The notes under the pieces: model-generated | Database searches by the model: none | The model's input: only the letters and a program-made list of their open reading frames with translations | What the model was told of the DNA's origin: nothing | Part shown: positions 15,687 to 28,700 of the stretch, one piece after another | Layout: each line of letters starts with the position of its first letter | Numbering within the stretch: position 1 is the first letter of the stretch | Source of the DNA: Catajapyx aquilonaris | Lineage: Eukaryota | DNA length: 51,171 bases | Reading direction: 5' to 3' | Assembly: GCA_000934665.2 (NCBI GenBank) | Contig: JYFJ02002773.1 | Coordinates: 1 to 51,171, forward strand | Program-made: the position numbers and the translations under genes

Positions 15687-18600
15687 AGCTAGCATATGTG
15701 CCATATAGAGTGCGAAATTGGAGTAATAGAAACGGATATGAGACAGGAAATTGGATTATCTGACACCAAACGGGCTAGGTCATTATTTTGCGAACAACTA
15801 GATCAAGATACGGATTGGATAAGGGTGGCGCCAGTTTTAAAGTGCAATTCGAGAGCCAATCAGGGAGGTAGATTTGGAGTCCTGATTTGTACTAGGATTC
15901 AGAAAAAAGAGGTTTGAAACACAATCTCCGACATGCTGGACCCAAATCCCAGCAGCTTCCCTTACCCCATCATGTTGATTTAAAGGAGTATTGAAGAAAC
16001 CATCTCGTCTGATGGAAAATCGCTTACCTTAACTCTTTCAATTTCCTTCAATAGATTATGAAATGAGGATTCTTTTATTTTTTATTTATTTTTCAAAACC
16101 GGGTCATCCTAGGCAGGTCAATAAACTCGTTCCGTCGGCATTTTTTCGGAGCAATTTCGAAGCTGTTTTGCCAACTTTGCCGATAAATGAGAGATTCCAG
16201 CGACTTTTAAAGATCCTTTTGAAGTTTTAGAAATTGCTGGCAAAACTAGCGCATTTTTTTGGAAGCAAAGTTGTCACTCCCACATCGTGGAATTAAAGTT
16301 GTTGTGAAGTAATTTCACGGATCTTTGGATTAACTTCGTTAAACTGATTCTAACTATAAAAGTTTCAGAGTTAATTTCTAATGAAGATGGGGTTGAATGT
16401 GTGGCTGAATGACACTGTATGGCACACTTTTCTGTTTTTCCATCCCCAAAAGCACTTTTATCTATCCTTTCCTGCAAATGGTTTTTACAAGTAGGTTTCC
16501 AAATCATATGCGGAGCGCATATAATTTGGAATTTGCTATAAATGGAAAGGGTTGAGTGCAAAATGATATTAAAAAATCGATTCAAAATATGTGTACACTA
16601 CAGTGTGGTCCAATGGAATTGCTCGTTTCAGCTAGCGTTTTTTTTTGTCATTAAACAGCGTTTTGTGCAGCCATTTTAGTGGATATGAAAAGTGATTATG
16701 CATAAATAAATCATCAATCCAAGCTGTGAATTGATGCGAGTTTCAGATTGGGAATGATTATTGGAACAATGGTCAAGAACGTTTTTGCAGTATTTGAAAA
16801 AGATGGCTCCATATACAACAGCTAATGCTTCTGAAAACTGGTTTTTGATTTTTCATTTTTGATAAGCAACTGCTTAAAAATCTTCGCATGATTTTCTATA
16901 TTATTGCGACTGTGTCTGTTCGTATATTTTTATGGTCCTCCATCTCTTCAATTTTCTGCAAAAGAAATCATCAACTCCGTGCACAAAATTTGATATCCTA
17001 CACGCAAGAAATGTTTGCCGAAACGGATATGCCAAAATGTCCTCAACGCTTGTTAACCTGCAAATATTTGCCTCAGCAGCAACGCTGCATCGAATCCACC
17101 CCCGAAAGGATTTCATACGCCGGATTAGTTTGCATTGCAAAAAAAAGAGAAAAAAAACTACTACACCCATCTCAGCTTAATCACATTACTGCAGCATCCA
17201 GTCCAACCCCGACACTTTGCCACGCTGCATATACGGCCATGAAGCCGAATAAGCGCCTTCCGCATTTTCTCTACCCACTTACTCTTCATTACAACCGGTC
17301 AAGCGTATTGCAATCACGTGACGTCACTCCGACCGTAAACAAATTCAGTGTGATGTAAGCAATGCGGAAATGCAGCACAGAAAATAAATAAATCAGTAAA
17401 CAAACAAAAATTTCATGTAAATAATAAATGGCAGTGGCTTATCAGGAATGCAACGCTGTTTTTTTTTTTATTCCACACAAAAAGGTTATATCTGTGTAGC
17501 TGCAGCCGCATATCCTCGAAATTCCTCATCTGGAACCGCGCTCTCCAATTTAACTAATTATGCACTTGCAGGCTGGAAGCTTGGGGACGCGCAGGATTAG
17601 TTGATTTATGTACCGCCAGAGGCAGCCGGCAAAGTTTCTCCCTGCCCGCCTGATTTTATTGTAGTTAAATAGTGAGTTATTATTAGCCGGGGTTTGTTTT
17701 ATTGTCCAGGTTAGGTGGAGAAGGAGGTCAAACGTTTCCTCCGTCCGTTGTATTTACAAAGGATCGAGGCGAGACTTTACGCCCTAATAAAAGTGGGTAT
17801 CAAGGCGCTGGTGCTGCCCTCAGTCCAAACATGAAGGCAAACTTCATTAAGAGACTACCCAGAGTGCAGTTGGTGCATTTTTTTGAGAGAGAGAGTGGAC
17901 ATTATGGGAAGAAGTTGGGGAAGGAAAATCGAAATGAATCTTGAGTTGCGCTATCCTAAGGGTCTAAAATCCTACATTTTTTGTCACCTCGTCCTTGGCA
18001 GTGATCCAGATGGGTCGGCTCTAAACCGCTGAATCCCTGGACCAACGGCCACTGGGTTTAGATAAACCAGGGGATTTTCGGAGGAACGTAAGATTGCCTA
18101 TCGGGTCAGGATAATGGCGTCTCGTTGGGAACGACAAAGGCTTAGGTGAACTGAGAAAAAACCGTTCGGACTACCCTGCGATGCTTCTGAATTTGGGCCT
18201 GTTATTGCTGACGTTTATATGTCTTTACGGACTACGGTGGTAGACAGCCGGCGGTAAATGCGTTGTTTTAGGTACTAGGTCCATCAAATGGCTGGATAGT
18301 CTGGTATACTGCTGGAATATGGTCGGAAAATTTGAACATTTGCACCCGAGTGTCATGACGTAACCTGTCATCAAGCAGGCTATGGTTTGCAGTAACTTAG
18401 GATTACTAACTCTTTCAATGATACTGCAGTTTTTCCTATACTTAATCCAGGCTTATTCGTGAGAAAACAGTAATGGTTTTTAGTGCGCAGTATCCTATTT
18501 TTTTTTAAAAAAATTAAAAGTTACAGTACACTCTATTTTCACTTAAAACAAATAAAATTTTTGCAGCACGTTATCCAATGCTCTCTAATACTTACAACAA

Positions 18601-21600
18601 CACGGCATAGAAACACTCGCCTTTTCACCCATCATGTACGCCATACAGTACCACACTGTACTATGCACCACTGCATTATGCTCCCACCTAATTCCGGTCC
18701 ACATGCGGCCTAGCAAAAAAATTCGCACTGTCGAAACATGTCACCCCAGTTCAAAATTTATGACGTGGGCGTCATATTCACACAACACCGTACCTCCATC
18801 ACTCCTACACACATTGTTATAATTATTATTTTTGTGTTCACAAGCTTGCCCTACTCCATAGAGTACGCCATTAGTTATAATGAGATTTGAAACTTGGCAC
18901 AAAGTCACTTGATGCGACCAATTATGGCTGTCACCCCCCCCCCCCNTCACCCCCCCCCCCCTTTTGGCCCTTGTATATAGCCCGGGTGACGTGATTGCAA
19001 GCCTCTGACGTAAGCCCCACCTAATTCATCCCAAGCCCTGCTTCAAACCGCATGGATTTTGCACTGTAGAGTTCACCTTTGTACGGAGTGCTTCGAATTC
19101 ATTCCGGGCGCCCGTTTTACCGGAAAGTTATACAGCACGACACAGATTAGGAATAAGTCGAGAAAGATCCACAATGTATTACTGTATGGATCGCATAAGC
19201 TCCACACATTATATGCACACCTTTTTTTTGCTATGCACCGGCAGCCGGTGCTGGTGATCAATATGGCCGGAACCTGGTAAGCTAATTTGGCTGTGGGCAC
19301 GGCCTCAACGAATTGTATTTGCGATTAGTGTCAATCACTGCATTTTCTGTGCCGCGAATAAGCAATCGCCAACGATTATGCTTCTGAAAATGCAGGTCGA
19401 TTCACGGTTGTTAATTAGGACAGAGTTGGAGCCGGATTAATTAAATGTGCATGACATCGTGTCCAAAGGAACTTTATTGTAACTTCAGCCTGTGTAAGGC
19501 TTCAAGAAAGAAACTTTGAGCCTTTAAAAAAAGCGGGGGATGGCATAGAATTCCGCTGCATTGCGCTGGTGTGAAGCGGAAGTCGGCCTTTCCTTTTGTG
19601 GGACGCGGTTCCGACGCCTCCGACGCCGCTTCCTGTTAAATGGAACTCGCCATGTGTATCCTCTAATCAAAATGGATTCCCTCCTCGGGGAGACTAATTT
19701 CATTGGCTGCAAACGGTAATTGAAAGTACATGTAATAGAGGATTTGTTAGTTAGACGAAACTCAAAGTTAATGGGGGTGACGTCACAGCCCCACTTTGAT
19801 TTCAATAAATACATGCTTTTTAATGACCCGCTCCTTCTTAATTGCAGCCTTTATTAAGTTGTAACATTTGATATGAAAAATTCCATCCAGGGTTCCGAAC
19901 CCAGAAAGAAAGCAATTACTCCCGTAATCTCGATAAAATGCCTTCGACTCGAGGAAAATACCATTGCTACAACTTCGTTATCAGAGACTCAGCATTCCTA
20001 AACTCCTGCGAGGGAAGCTGTAATTTCCCCCGCTAGAGGTAATTTTCTGGGAGAAACACCGGCCCTAATAAGCAGTACAAAGACAGGGACCCTTCTACCG
20101 TTATTCATTTATCACTGATTAAGAAAGCAAAGGTCACTCGATACACTTGAAGGAGAAGGAGTCGTTAACCTCCGGAGCAGCCAAGAGAGGAAAAGATTTT
20201 CCTGCAAACTTTGTTTTCGCAATCAATACAGTAGAAAACCTGGTGTGTTGTCCTGCTGGGTTGTGGCACTGTATCCAATGAATTCGACCTTCTTTGGCCA
20301 TTATTTATAGTCCAACAGTATAAGGCGTCGTGTCATATTCTCCACACTATCCCATGTCTTAATGTGGCGCAACATAGCGTTTTGTAATTTATCCTTCGTA
20401 CCCACACAGTTAAACTATGACAGGTCATTGTGTGGCAGCCAATTGTGACATCAGTACTATTCGAAGGCTGAATCCATTACTGGCGAGCCATACAAATAAA
20501 TAACAATTTTTTTGGGCAAATCCAATGTAGGCCAATGAAATGTGCCATCTACTTTTGTCCCACATGCTCCAGAATAGTCGCAACTGTAAATATGAATCAA
20601 TACTCGACCTCAAAACAGTCTACATGCAGACAACCCGATTTTCAAAAAATGGGGTGGGGGACAAAACCTTGTTCATTTTCATCCCCATTGTTGTTACCCC
20701 CACCATTTTGCTCGCACGTGGAAACCTCCCATCTGCTCAAACATTCCGATTGCGTTTTGCGAAAAGAGCATCAAATGAAAGAAAACAGAAAGTTGCAGGA
20801 AAAATTCCGTCGCTTCTGACTATACTCCCATTGAATGCAAGAGCAAGTATAACAAGAGAGAACATTTTCCTCCCCCCCTTCAGAAAATAACTTGAGAGAA
20901 TATATATAAAGGGCGAAGGGTACAGAGAGGGTGGGAGGCTGCAGGCTCTTTTATCTTGAACTGGGAACGGGCGAATCCAATTTCCTCGGGGCTCCAGCCA
21001 TCTTTGCTCTTTGGCAGTCATGTTTTCATGAACTGAAGTGCGCATGAAGTATGTTGGACTCCGGAGTCCCGCATCCTAATTGCAAAAAAAAAGGGTTCCG
21101 GAAAAGACGTACTACCGCATGGAGTGGTTATTCCCAGAGTGCCACATCTCATTTTGGTAAGTGCCTCGTTGATCCCCGTCTTGAGAAAAGGTCGCTCAAA
21201 TGAGCCGGTTTTATTTTTTTTTTTGAGGCCGAGTTATAGTACTGTACGTGCAGCGAGTGTGTATTAAACTGAATGTCATTTAGAGGTTTCGGGGGTGTTT
21301 GTGTATAGCCGAGTCGCAATTTGTTTTATGTGCTGAGTCGCACAAATGAAATGCGGACGTTTGGCTGTGACACTTTTGCAATATTTTGGAGCCGCTGGGG
21401 GTCTACTAAATATGTCAGTCAACAGTATAAAATCCGTTTGAATATTCGTGGCCCGTTTGCTGGGATGTATTTATGATGATGATTAATGGCGCAGATGTGG
21501 ATGGTCAGTGAATGTAAGATTGTTGGCAGCCATCGCCGTAATGAGTGCTGTACACTACACAGTGTCTATACAGGCTGGCGAATTGCTTGTGTTACTTATC

Positions 21601-24600
21601 AAAAATGTGGATCAGTCTCCAGCAGGAAGTCAGCAAAGATCAAAAATACTTATTCTAATATTAGTTTGAATGAAGGTGTCCTTGCTGACCAAGCAGGGGG
21701 TCTGGCACGAGGAAAGGAGGAGGTCACTCCTTGACCTTCGATGCCAATAGGTCCAAGTGGGTCATTCCAGATATCATAAGCTTTAGTCTTCAAAGGATGA
21801 TTCCATTCAAGCTAATGTTAGCAGTATATCGCTTTGAGGTCCTCGGTTGCGTAAAGCCTATACCTAATAGCAAACTGCTTAATGACAATTTAGTTTGCAT
21901 ACGATTTGTTGTGCACATACGTTAATTGGACGCATCCTTGTTGACTGATGTCGGGTGATAGATTTGAAATTGTAATCTGACAACCAATTTAATCATTGCC
22001 ATCCGAGTGTTGGAAGTGGTCAGCTCGGATGTTATATCACTCGCCACCTATTATTAAAATAAAATTTTGCTGCTTCTGCTTTCTACAACTGTGTATTTTA
22101 ATAAACAGTGCTAACATACTGGTAACTTCAACCACCCGTTATATAAAACTACTCCCATCCCTGGTCCCATCCGTGGTCTCATCCTTACAATGTGATCGTG
22201 CCTTGCGTGCAGTTCTTTCACAAGGTGCCATCGATTTGAAATACTCTCACGACTACCACTGCCAAGTATTAAGATATTGATAATCCTAACGGTGCAATCA
22301 TTAAATGGCCTCTATAGTGGCATGTACAGCTTTGCATCACGTGGGGTACTCGACCAATCTAAATAAGTGATGCTGTACCTCACTCGTCCATTATCCCCCC
22401 ACACCGTATACTACACTGTCCGACTTTTCAATGCCACTAAAGTCACGTCCGCGTCCGTATATATACCCCTTGCACTAATGAACCGTCCCTAGGCTTTTAC
22501 TATAATTATGGCTCGAGTACAGCAAAGGGAACATAAGTGGCAAAATGCCCAGATGAATATTCACGAGTCCTCCAAGTGTGAGAAAGTCGGTTTTCTAGAG
22601 ATGACCTGATGGACCCCCTGAGGACAACCAGGGTTAAGAATAAGGATGTTGCGGGTTTTCCGGGAGGTGCTGTTGGCGGGTATAATGGGGGGCGCGGGTT
22701 GACTGTTTTGCGCCATAGTCCCCCCCCCCTTCCCCTCAACTCTCTAGTCCCCCCCCCTCCACCATAGCCTGCTGCGCTCTCCGCTAGATCGATACTGGTC
22801 CAGCACAAGGGAGCCAGAACCCACCCTTCATCCTCCTACCCCCCTTGGACCCACCGTTTTGTTCCCAAACCCCCTTGACCACATCAAGACCGGATGAGTT
22901 GCAAACTCCGTCGCCATAGGAACTAGCGGATTAGGAGAGAAAATATTCAAAAGGAGCTTGAGGCAACAGTATCACTTTTAAGAGGCCGCATATTATTTGG
23001 GATGGTTGCGTGGATTGGACTTATCGCCATGTTTATTACACTAGGGGTGTTCTAATATGGGACTTGCGTATTCCGGTTTCGGGTTTCGAGACTGGAAGCG
23101 CCTGCAAAATTAAGCAATCTGGAGTAAATCCCTCCAGCTAGGCTTTCCTCAGTATGCGGGGTGTTTCGTAATGATACTGGCTCGAAGAGGACTCTGGCCT
23201 TATGCGATGGGTTTCGGATGTTCCCGGGATAAGACAGACGCCAACGTTTTGGCACTACTGTACTCAAACTACTTAAACTTTAATGGGGTATACAAAAAGG
23301 CGCCAAGAAAATTCCGCCAATATAAAATGTAAATTAATTGTTAATTTACGCCTAATTATGGATATTATGTTAATATAGTGGCATTCCAGGCTCGGGACCA
23401 ACTTTTCCTCTGTCCTGTTCCAAAGATAAAAAATACCACTTATCTGGAAAATTGACACTCTCCAGTGGACTCCAATAATGAAAGGAATTTGTGATCATTT
23501 AACTCCGCTTGCGGGCCAGGGACCTCACTTTGACAACCTCTGTCTGCAGGTCAAGCATTCGCTCTACTGTATACATCAGTCATTTCGCTCAACCTCACTG
23601 GACAAGAGGGGTGCCACTCGCTGTGTTATAATATTGCATTAAATCGCATTCCTGTCTGATATGGCCTGGATTTCATTAGAACACAGAGAATTTATGAAGT
23701 TGCAGTATTAGCTGCAGGTTCCCAGGCACTTACTTATAGGACGAGGGCTGTATTAAGAGGCTTATTAACATTGCCTCAGGCTCCACGTGGCACCACTCTT
23801 ACCAGGACAAGAGGGAGAGATAACCCCGAAATTACTCTTCAAATTCACAATATACCCAGCCAGAGATTATGAGAAAATGCAAGGTGGGCGTTATTCTAAT
23901 CAATGGAACATGCATTGTCGTACTGCCAGCCAGTAAGTACATCAGGGTGGGGGTGTTAATTAATTTAAGTAGAATGTGACTATAACATTTTAATCGGATG
24001 CTGTAAGTATAGCGTACTAACTGGAGTCAAACGATTTGTGGCATATTCGTTCAACCAAAACGTTTGTTTCGTCAGGACGAAACATTTTATTGGTAGAGAA
24101 AGGAAAAGCGTGACTGCGGATTAGGCTTTTTGGCTGAGTGGGATGAAGTGATAGCATCAGGAGCAACAGGGAAGCTTTTGAAGTCAAATACAGAACACGC
24201 ACAAAAGCCCTACCGTCGCTCTCACTGGACAGCATTCGCGAGCCTTGAGGCAGCGGGGCATCAATATCAAAAGTTTTTGAATAATTACAAGGGTGTGTAA
24301 TAATAAAACATTGCTCGCAGTACTATGACTAGACTATAATTAGCTGTATAGAAAATGTTGCAGTTCGTGCAAGGACGAATAATAATAAGGGAGCTAACAT
24401 ATTCTCTCTCATTGCGAAATTAGCAAGTCCTTTTAGCACACTCATTGAGTGCAGTGTATTGAATCAGCAGAATTGTCGAGGCCATCTGTTATTGTGTTGT
24501 TTGTCGAGTAAAGGGCTGGGGTCAAGGTGTGATAGATCTGCTCATATTTTCGACCAGTTGATTACCTGCCTCTGAATAGTTGGTTTGTTCAACACTGGAG

Positions 24601-25741
24601 ATCGGTGGGTTCCATCAATTATCAACTCCGGTGGCTGTATATGCTCGATGTGTTTAACAGCCCTATAGATCAGGGCATGTTTGACTGCATATCCCATTAC
24701 TGGTTGCGTGTTGTCTGTTGCACATGTCAACAGGGACACCAATAGTTATACCAGTTTAGCTGCACATTTTTAAGTAGAAAATTCAATACTTATTACGTCA
24801 GTGTAATTACTATCATTAATATAATAATTCTTTCTCGCCTCCTAAATGAAAAATGTTGTGTACGGATTTGGGAATGTCATTAGTTTCAACATTGAGATAA
24901 TGAATTTTGATGTAATAAAATTTGAGGTGTTTTTTGCCATCAATAATAAAGGTTTCCTCCATTTTCTCTGCATTCCTGCTTGTCAGAATTTATGAAATAA
25001 TGTACTGGCCTACCTTGAATGCCAAGAGGCGTATTACAGTACTTGACGTAAACATGGCAGCTTAGTTTGCTTTCAGGAATGTCGCTTACATCCTTCTGCA
25101 TGCACAATTGCGTAATACTGGTACCATCATCCTTCAGAATATAATACTCAAGAATGGTAATATCTTTTCTAAACACCGAAATATGACCTTGCTGAAAGTA
25201 TTACTATATATATAAATTTGTGTGTGGGTAGCAGCAATTTGCAACATTTACCAATATTAACCTACCAGCATTGCACTTACATGTTATTTTCCCAGTCTAA
25301 ATATATCACGGGAAAATGATGTTTCAGAAGCCTGAATACTGTGTATTTTCAAGGTTCTTCTTTNCCTTATCTGCGAACCAAAAATTGCGTAGAAACCTTA
25401 CAATCTCCACGACTTTTTCCTGAATAGTGAAAGCATCTAGTGCTGGCATTTAGCATGGATGGCCTTGCTCAGTACGATTCAGCCCTGTGAAAAGTCTGGA
25501 ATTTCCTGCCTGAACAACCTGATACAATAGAGGGGCGGCAAGGTCTTCAGACCCTGCCAAATATAGTACCTGTGCCTTATTGCATTTCTCTACCAAATTT
25601 CGTTTCCTCCTCTAGCATATATTGATCTGCAAGCCCTGTACCGATGCTGTCGTATATGGTTCGTTTCTTAACTCTCCCTCCCTTCAATATTCCTCGTTCC
25701 AGATTCGTCCTGGGCCCGTCGTCACCATTCACAAGCTCAAG

Positions 25742-28700
25742 ATGTCGTCTCGTCCAAAGGAGAAGGTGGCCGCAGCCTTCAGGAAGCTGTTCAGGCCGTC
25801 GGAGAAGATCGAGGCGGACCCCTTCCAGAAGCACTCCTCGGCGACAGGCGGGGGCAGCAGCGGAGGTCCATCGGGCAACGCGGAGGGCTCCAACGGTGGT
25901 GTGGTGATGGGGTCGTCCCCGGGGCAGCCTGCCCGTAGGTTGCTGAGCCGGCACGGGTACCACCGCGATTCGGTCAAAGTGAGCCCGGCGGAGGCCATCC
26001 CGGGCCTGATGGGCAGCCCCGGGGTGGTGGCCCGGCACCATAAGAACAAGCCGGTCTTCGTCATGGCCGCCAAGACAAGTAGTGGTAGTGGTAGTGGCAG
26101 TGGTGGTTGCGGGATGATGACCGAATCGAGCGTGAAGCACGCCAAGATCGTCCGTACTCGTCGCCTGATGAAGGAGTTCCAGGAGATCCAGAAGAGCTGC
26201 TGCGGAGGCGACCCCAACTCGCCCATATTCAGCGTCGAGCTGGTCAACGACAACCTGTTCGAATGGAACGTCAAGCTGTTCCGGCTCGACTCGGATTCGG
26301 ACCTGTACAAGGACATGAAGGAGCTGAACGTGCCCTTCATCCAGCTCAACCTGCACTTCCCGGAGAACTTCCCCTTCGCCCCACCGTTCATGAGGGTCAT
26401 CACTCCCAGGATAGAGAAAGGGTTCGTGATGGAAGGAGGCGCCATATGTATGGAGCTGCTCACGCCTAGGGGATGGGCCAGCGCTTACACGGTCGAGGCG
26501 GTCATCATGCAGTTTGCGGCCAGTCTGGTCAAGGGGCAGGTAAGCACGACGACACACATCTTACCAGTTATATTTCAAAAGAACTTCAGCGCCATGGATA
26601 TCGTTATTGAAGTTTAGTTCCCTGCGCGTGGGTGTGTGACCCCTGTTATAGGGAGCAACTGCCTTTCGGCCATCTTGCGCGTGGGAAGGAAACCCCGTGG
26701 CAAGCTTGGGGGTGAGACAGACGAGCCCGGGCTTGCTGGCTATGGCTGCCCGTTTGTTTGAGAGATCCCCCCGGGGGTTGCATGCTGACGAAGATCTACT
26801 TCGGACAAGCAGGCAGCAGAAACCCCAGCGACGCATGACACGCTGTAGTGAGCCAATGAACCAGGCAATAAGCAACAACGTTACACCCCGGAACGAGGCC
26901 ATTTGCAACAAAATGGGTGTCCCCCTCGGCTTATCTCGGGCTGCCATAGTCTTTGACTCTGTCAAGTCAATCGGGTGCATTATGATATGCGCTCCTGCTA
27001 ATTTAGCGTCTGTTGTGTCGTTCAATGAGCTGGAAACCGCTGATATGCAGTGGTTTCATTTGAAACATGTTGCCACTGACGTCGGTCAGAAACTGTTAGG
27101 GCATCGCTCCCACATAGCCTACAGGGTAGTGCACTGCTTAAACCAGTACTATAGTTATTTTTAAATGTTCTATGGCAAACAATGTTAATCCCCCTCCCCT
27201 TATAGCCATGGTGAGTGCACCACTATGTACACATTATCACCCCTTACCAACAAAAGTTTCTTCCTGATATAATGAAGCAGGGAAGCAAATGATAATATTA
27301 TGACATTCGAAATTGCTACTTGGTGGGACCTGTGCACATGGGAGTTCCTCCCGAGCCATTGTTTCCGAAGCAAGGCCTCCACAATTCAATTCCAGTTGTG
27401 GCCAGGGTTTAAATCTGGAATATGCTACCTGAATAGCAAGCTGCATAAAACTGAACAACTTGCAACCACAGAGTTCCTGCTGTGGGATGAAGGGCGTGGG
27501 AGGGGGATGGAGGGAAAGGGGTGGTAAAAATGGTCGAGCGCTTTTAGGACCTAGGGCCAAGAACAAAGCGAACTGATGGTTCTGAAAGCTCTTTGTGAAG
27601 GTTTCGGATGTCCGCATAGGTCCCTTTTCCCTATACCGCGCCGTCGATTGCGCCTTTATACCAAGGAAAGACTTTGGAAGTTGGAAGACTTGGGGCATGT
27701 TTACGTCACAATTTGCCAAAAGCAAATGCGTCACACATCTGCTGCAGCTAGGCACACACTGAACTTTAATGGCCATTTTATTGCATATTTCACTCCACAT
27801 GTGATATTGTTGATAATGTTGCCGAAACTCAGATCTGGTTGGTCCTAGTGGCCAATGGCCAGGCAGAAGTTGCATAAAGCCCCTGCATTGGCACCATCCC
27901 AATGTGGCAAGGCAATAAGATGTAACAGTGGTCGGTCCGGCCTCTGTCAAACTTTCAATTTGCTGCCAAATTTATCGAGTCGTATGACCTTAGAGGAAGA
28001 TATTTTGCCGGATTAAGGCTTGCATACTTGTCAGTATGACCCTCTTGCCTCTCAGCATGGTAGCCACTGATAAGCTGAATCATGACTTACACAAAATCCG
28101 ACACCCTCTATTATAGCAAACCCATCAGTTATATATCTTGAGCATATGTGTTTCTCAATCTAGAGAATAGAGTGGTGTACGGTCGTACTTCACAAGAGCT
28201 CCGACACTGCATAATTTGCAAGATGCAAGATTTGTATGCCTATTCGTCATTCTTAGCAAGAGGCCCTGTAAATTTAGCTAGCAAACTGCAATTTAAGTCA
28301 TAAGCAGGCGGCGCCAGACACTCATTTCGAATAATTTATTGTCTTGGACTGGTAAAATATCCGGAGAGAAGTCCAGATATGAAACAGGGGAGAGGGGAAA
28401 GGCGGATACTGGGGGAGGATTCCTGATTCTGCCGACTTTGGGCATTGATTTCGCTCTCCAGGGCAATGGCCAAAATATTGGGAACTCTCCCAGAAAGGAT
28501 TTGCAGGAATTCGCGTCTGGAATTTATTTTTACTTCTGCCGAGGAAAAAAAACAGGAAGTGCATTTTCTCTATCTCTTCTTTCGAACCGGTTCCTGCTAT
28601 AAGACTGAGTTATCCGTCCTAAATTTGAAGGCAGCTGCAGGAACCTCCTAATGGATGTTGTTAATTCGAGCTCGGATAGTTGCGCCCGCGAGTTAGTTCA

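Noticed and set aside
16165..16246. GTTTTGCCA...TGGCAAAAC 9-bp inverted repeat, MITE-like
   Set aside because: TIR too short and no TSD; only suggestive.
16599..18660. 11-bp inverted match TACAGTGTGGT/ACCACACTGTA about 2 kb apart (Tc1-sized)
   Set aside because: Similarity does not extend inward and no transposase remnant is visible; could be chance.
18931..18961. TCACCCC...-n-TCACCCC... duplication
   Set aside because: Centred on an N (18946) in a poly-C run, so likely a scaffold-join artefact. Another N occurs at 25364.
22670..22800. G/C-run segment resembling a degenerate CAGTGGCGGATCTA-type MITE
   Set aside because: Termini too degenerate to pair; no TSD.
24065..24084. TGTTTCGTC-ag-GACGAAACA palindrome resembling hammerhead-ribozyme pieces
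   Set aside because: Lacks the CUGANGA-stem II-GAAA arrangement; it is only a short palindrome.
25577..26557. Long antisense ORFs (326 aa, 244 aa) and an alternative-frame ORF over UBE2QL1 exon 1
   Set aside because: Shadow ORFs expected from GC-rich codon usage of the real sense CDS; no domain similarity.
26561..27950. ORFs of 154, 155 and 237 aa at the start of the UBE2QL1 intron
   Set aside because: Random-looking composition, no motifs and no convincing splice structure.
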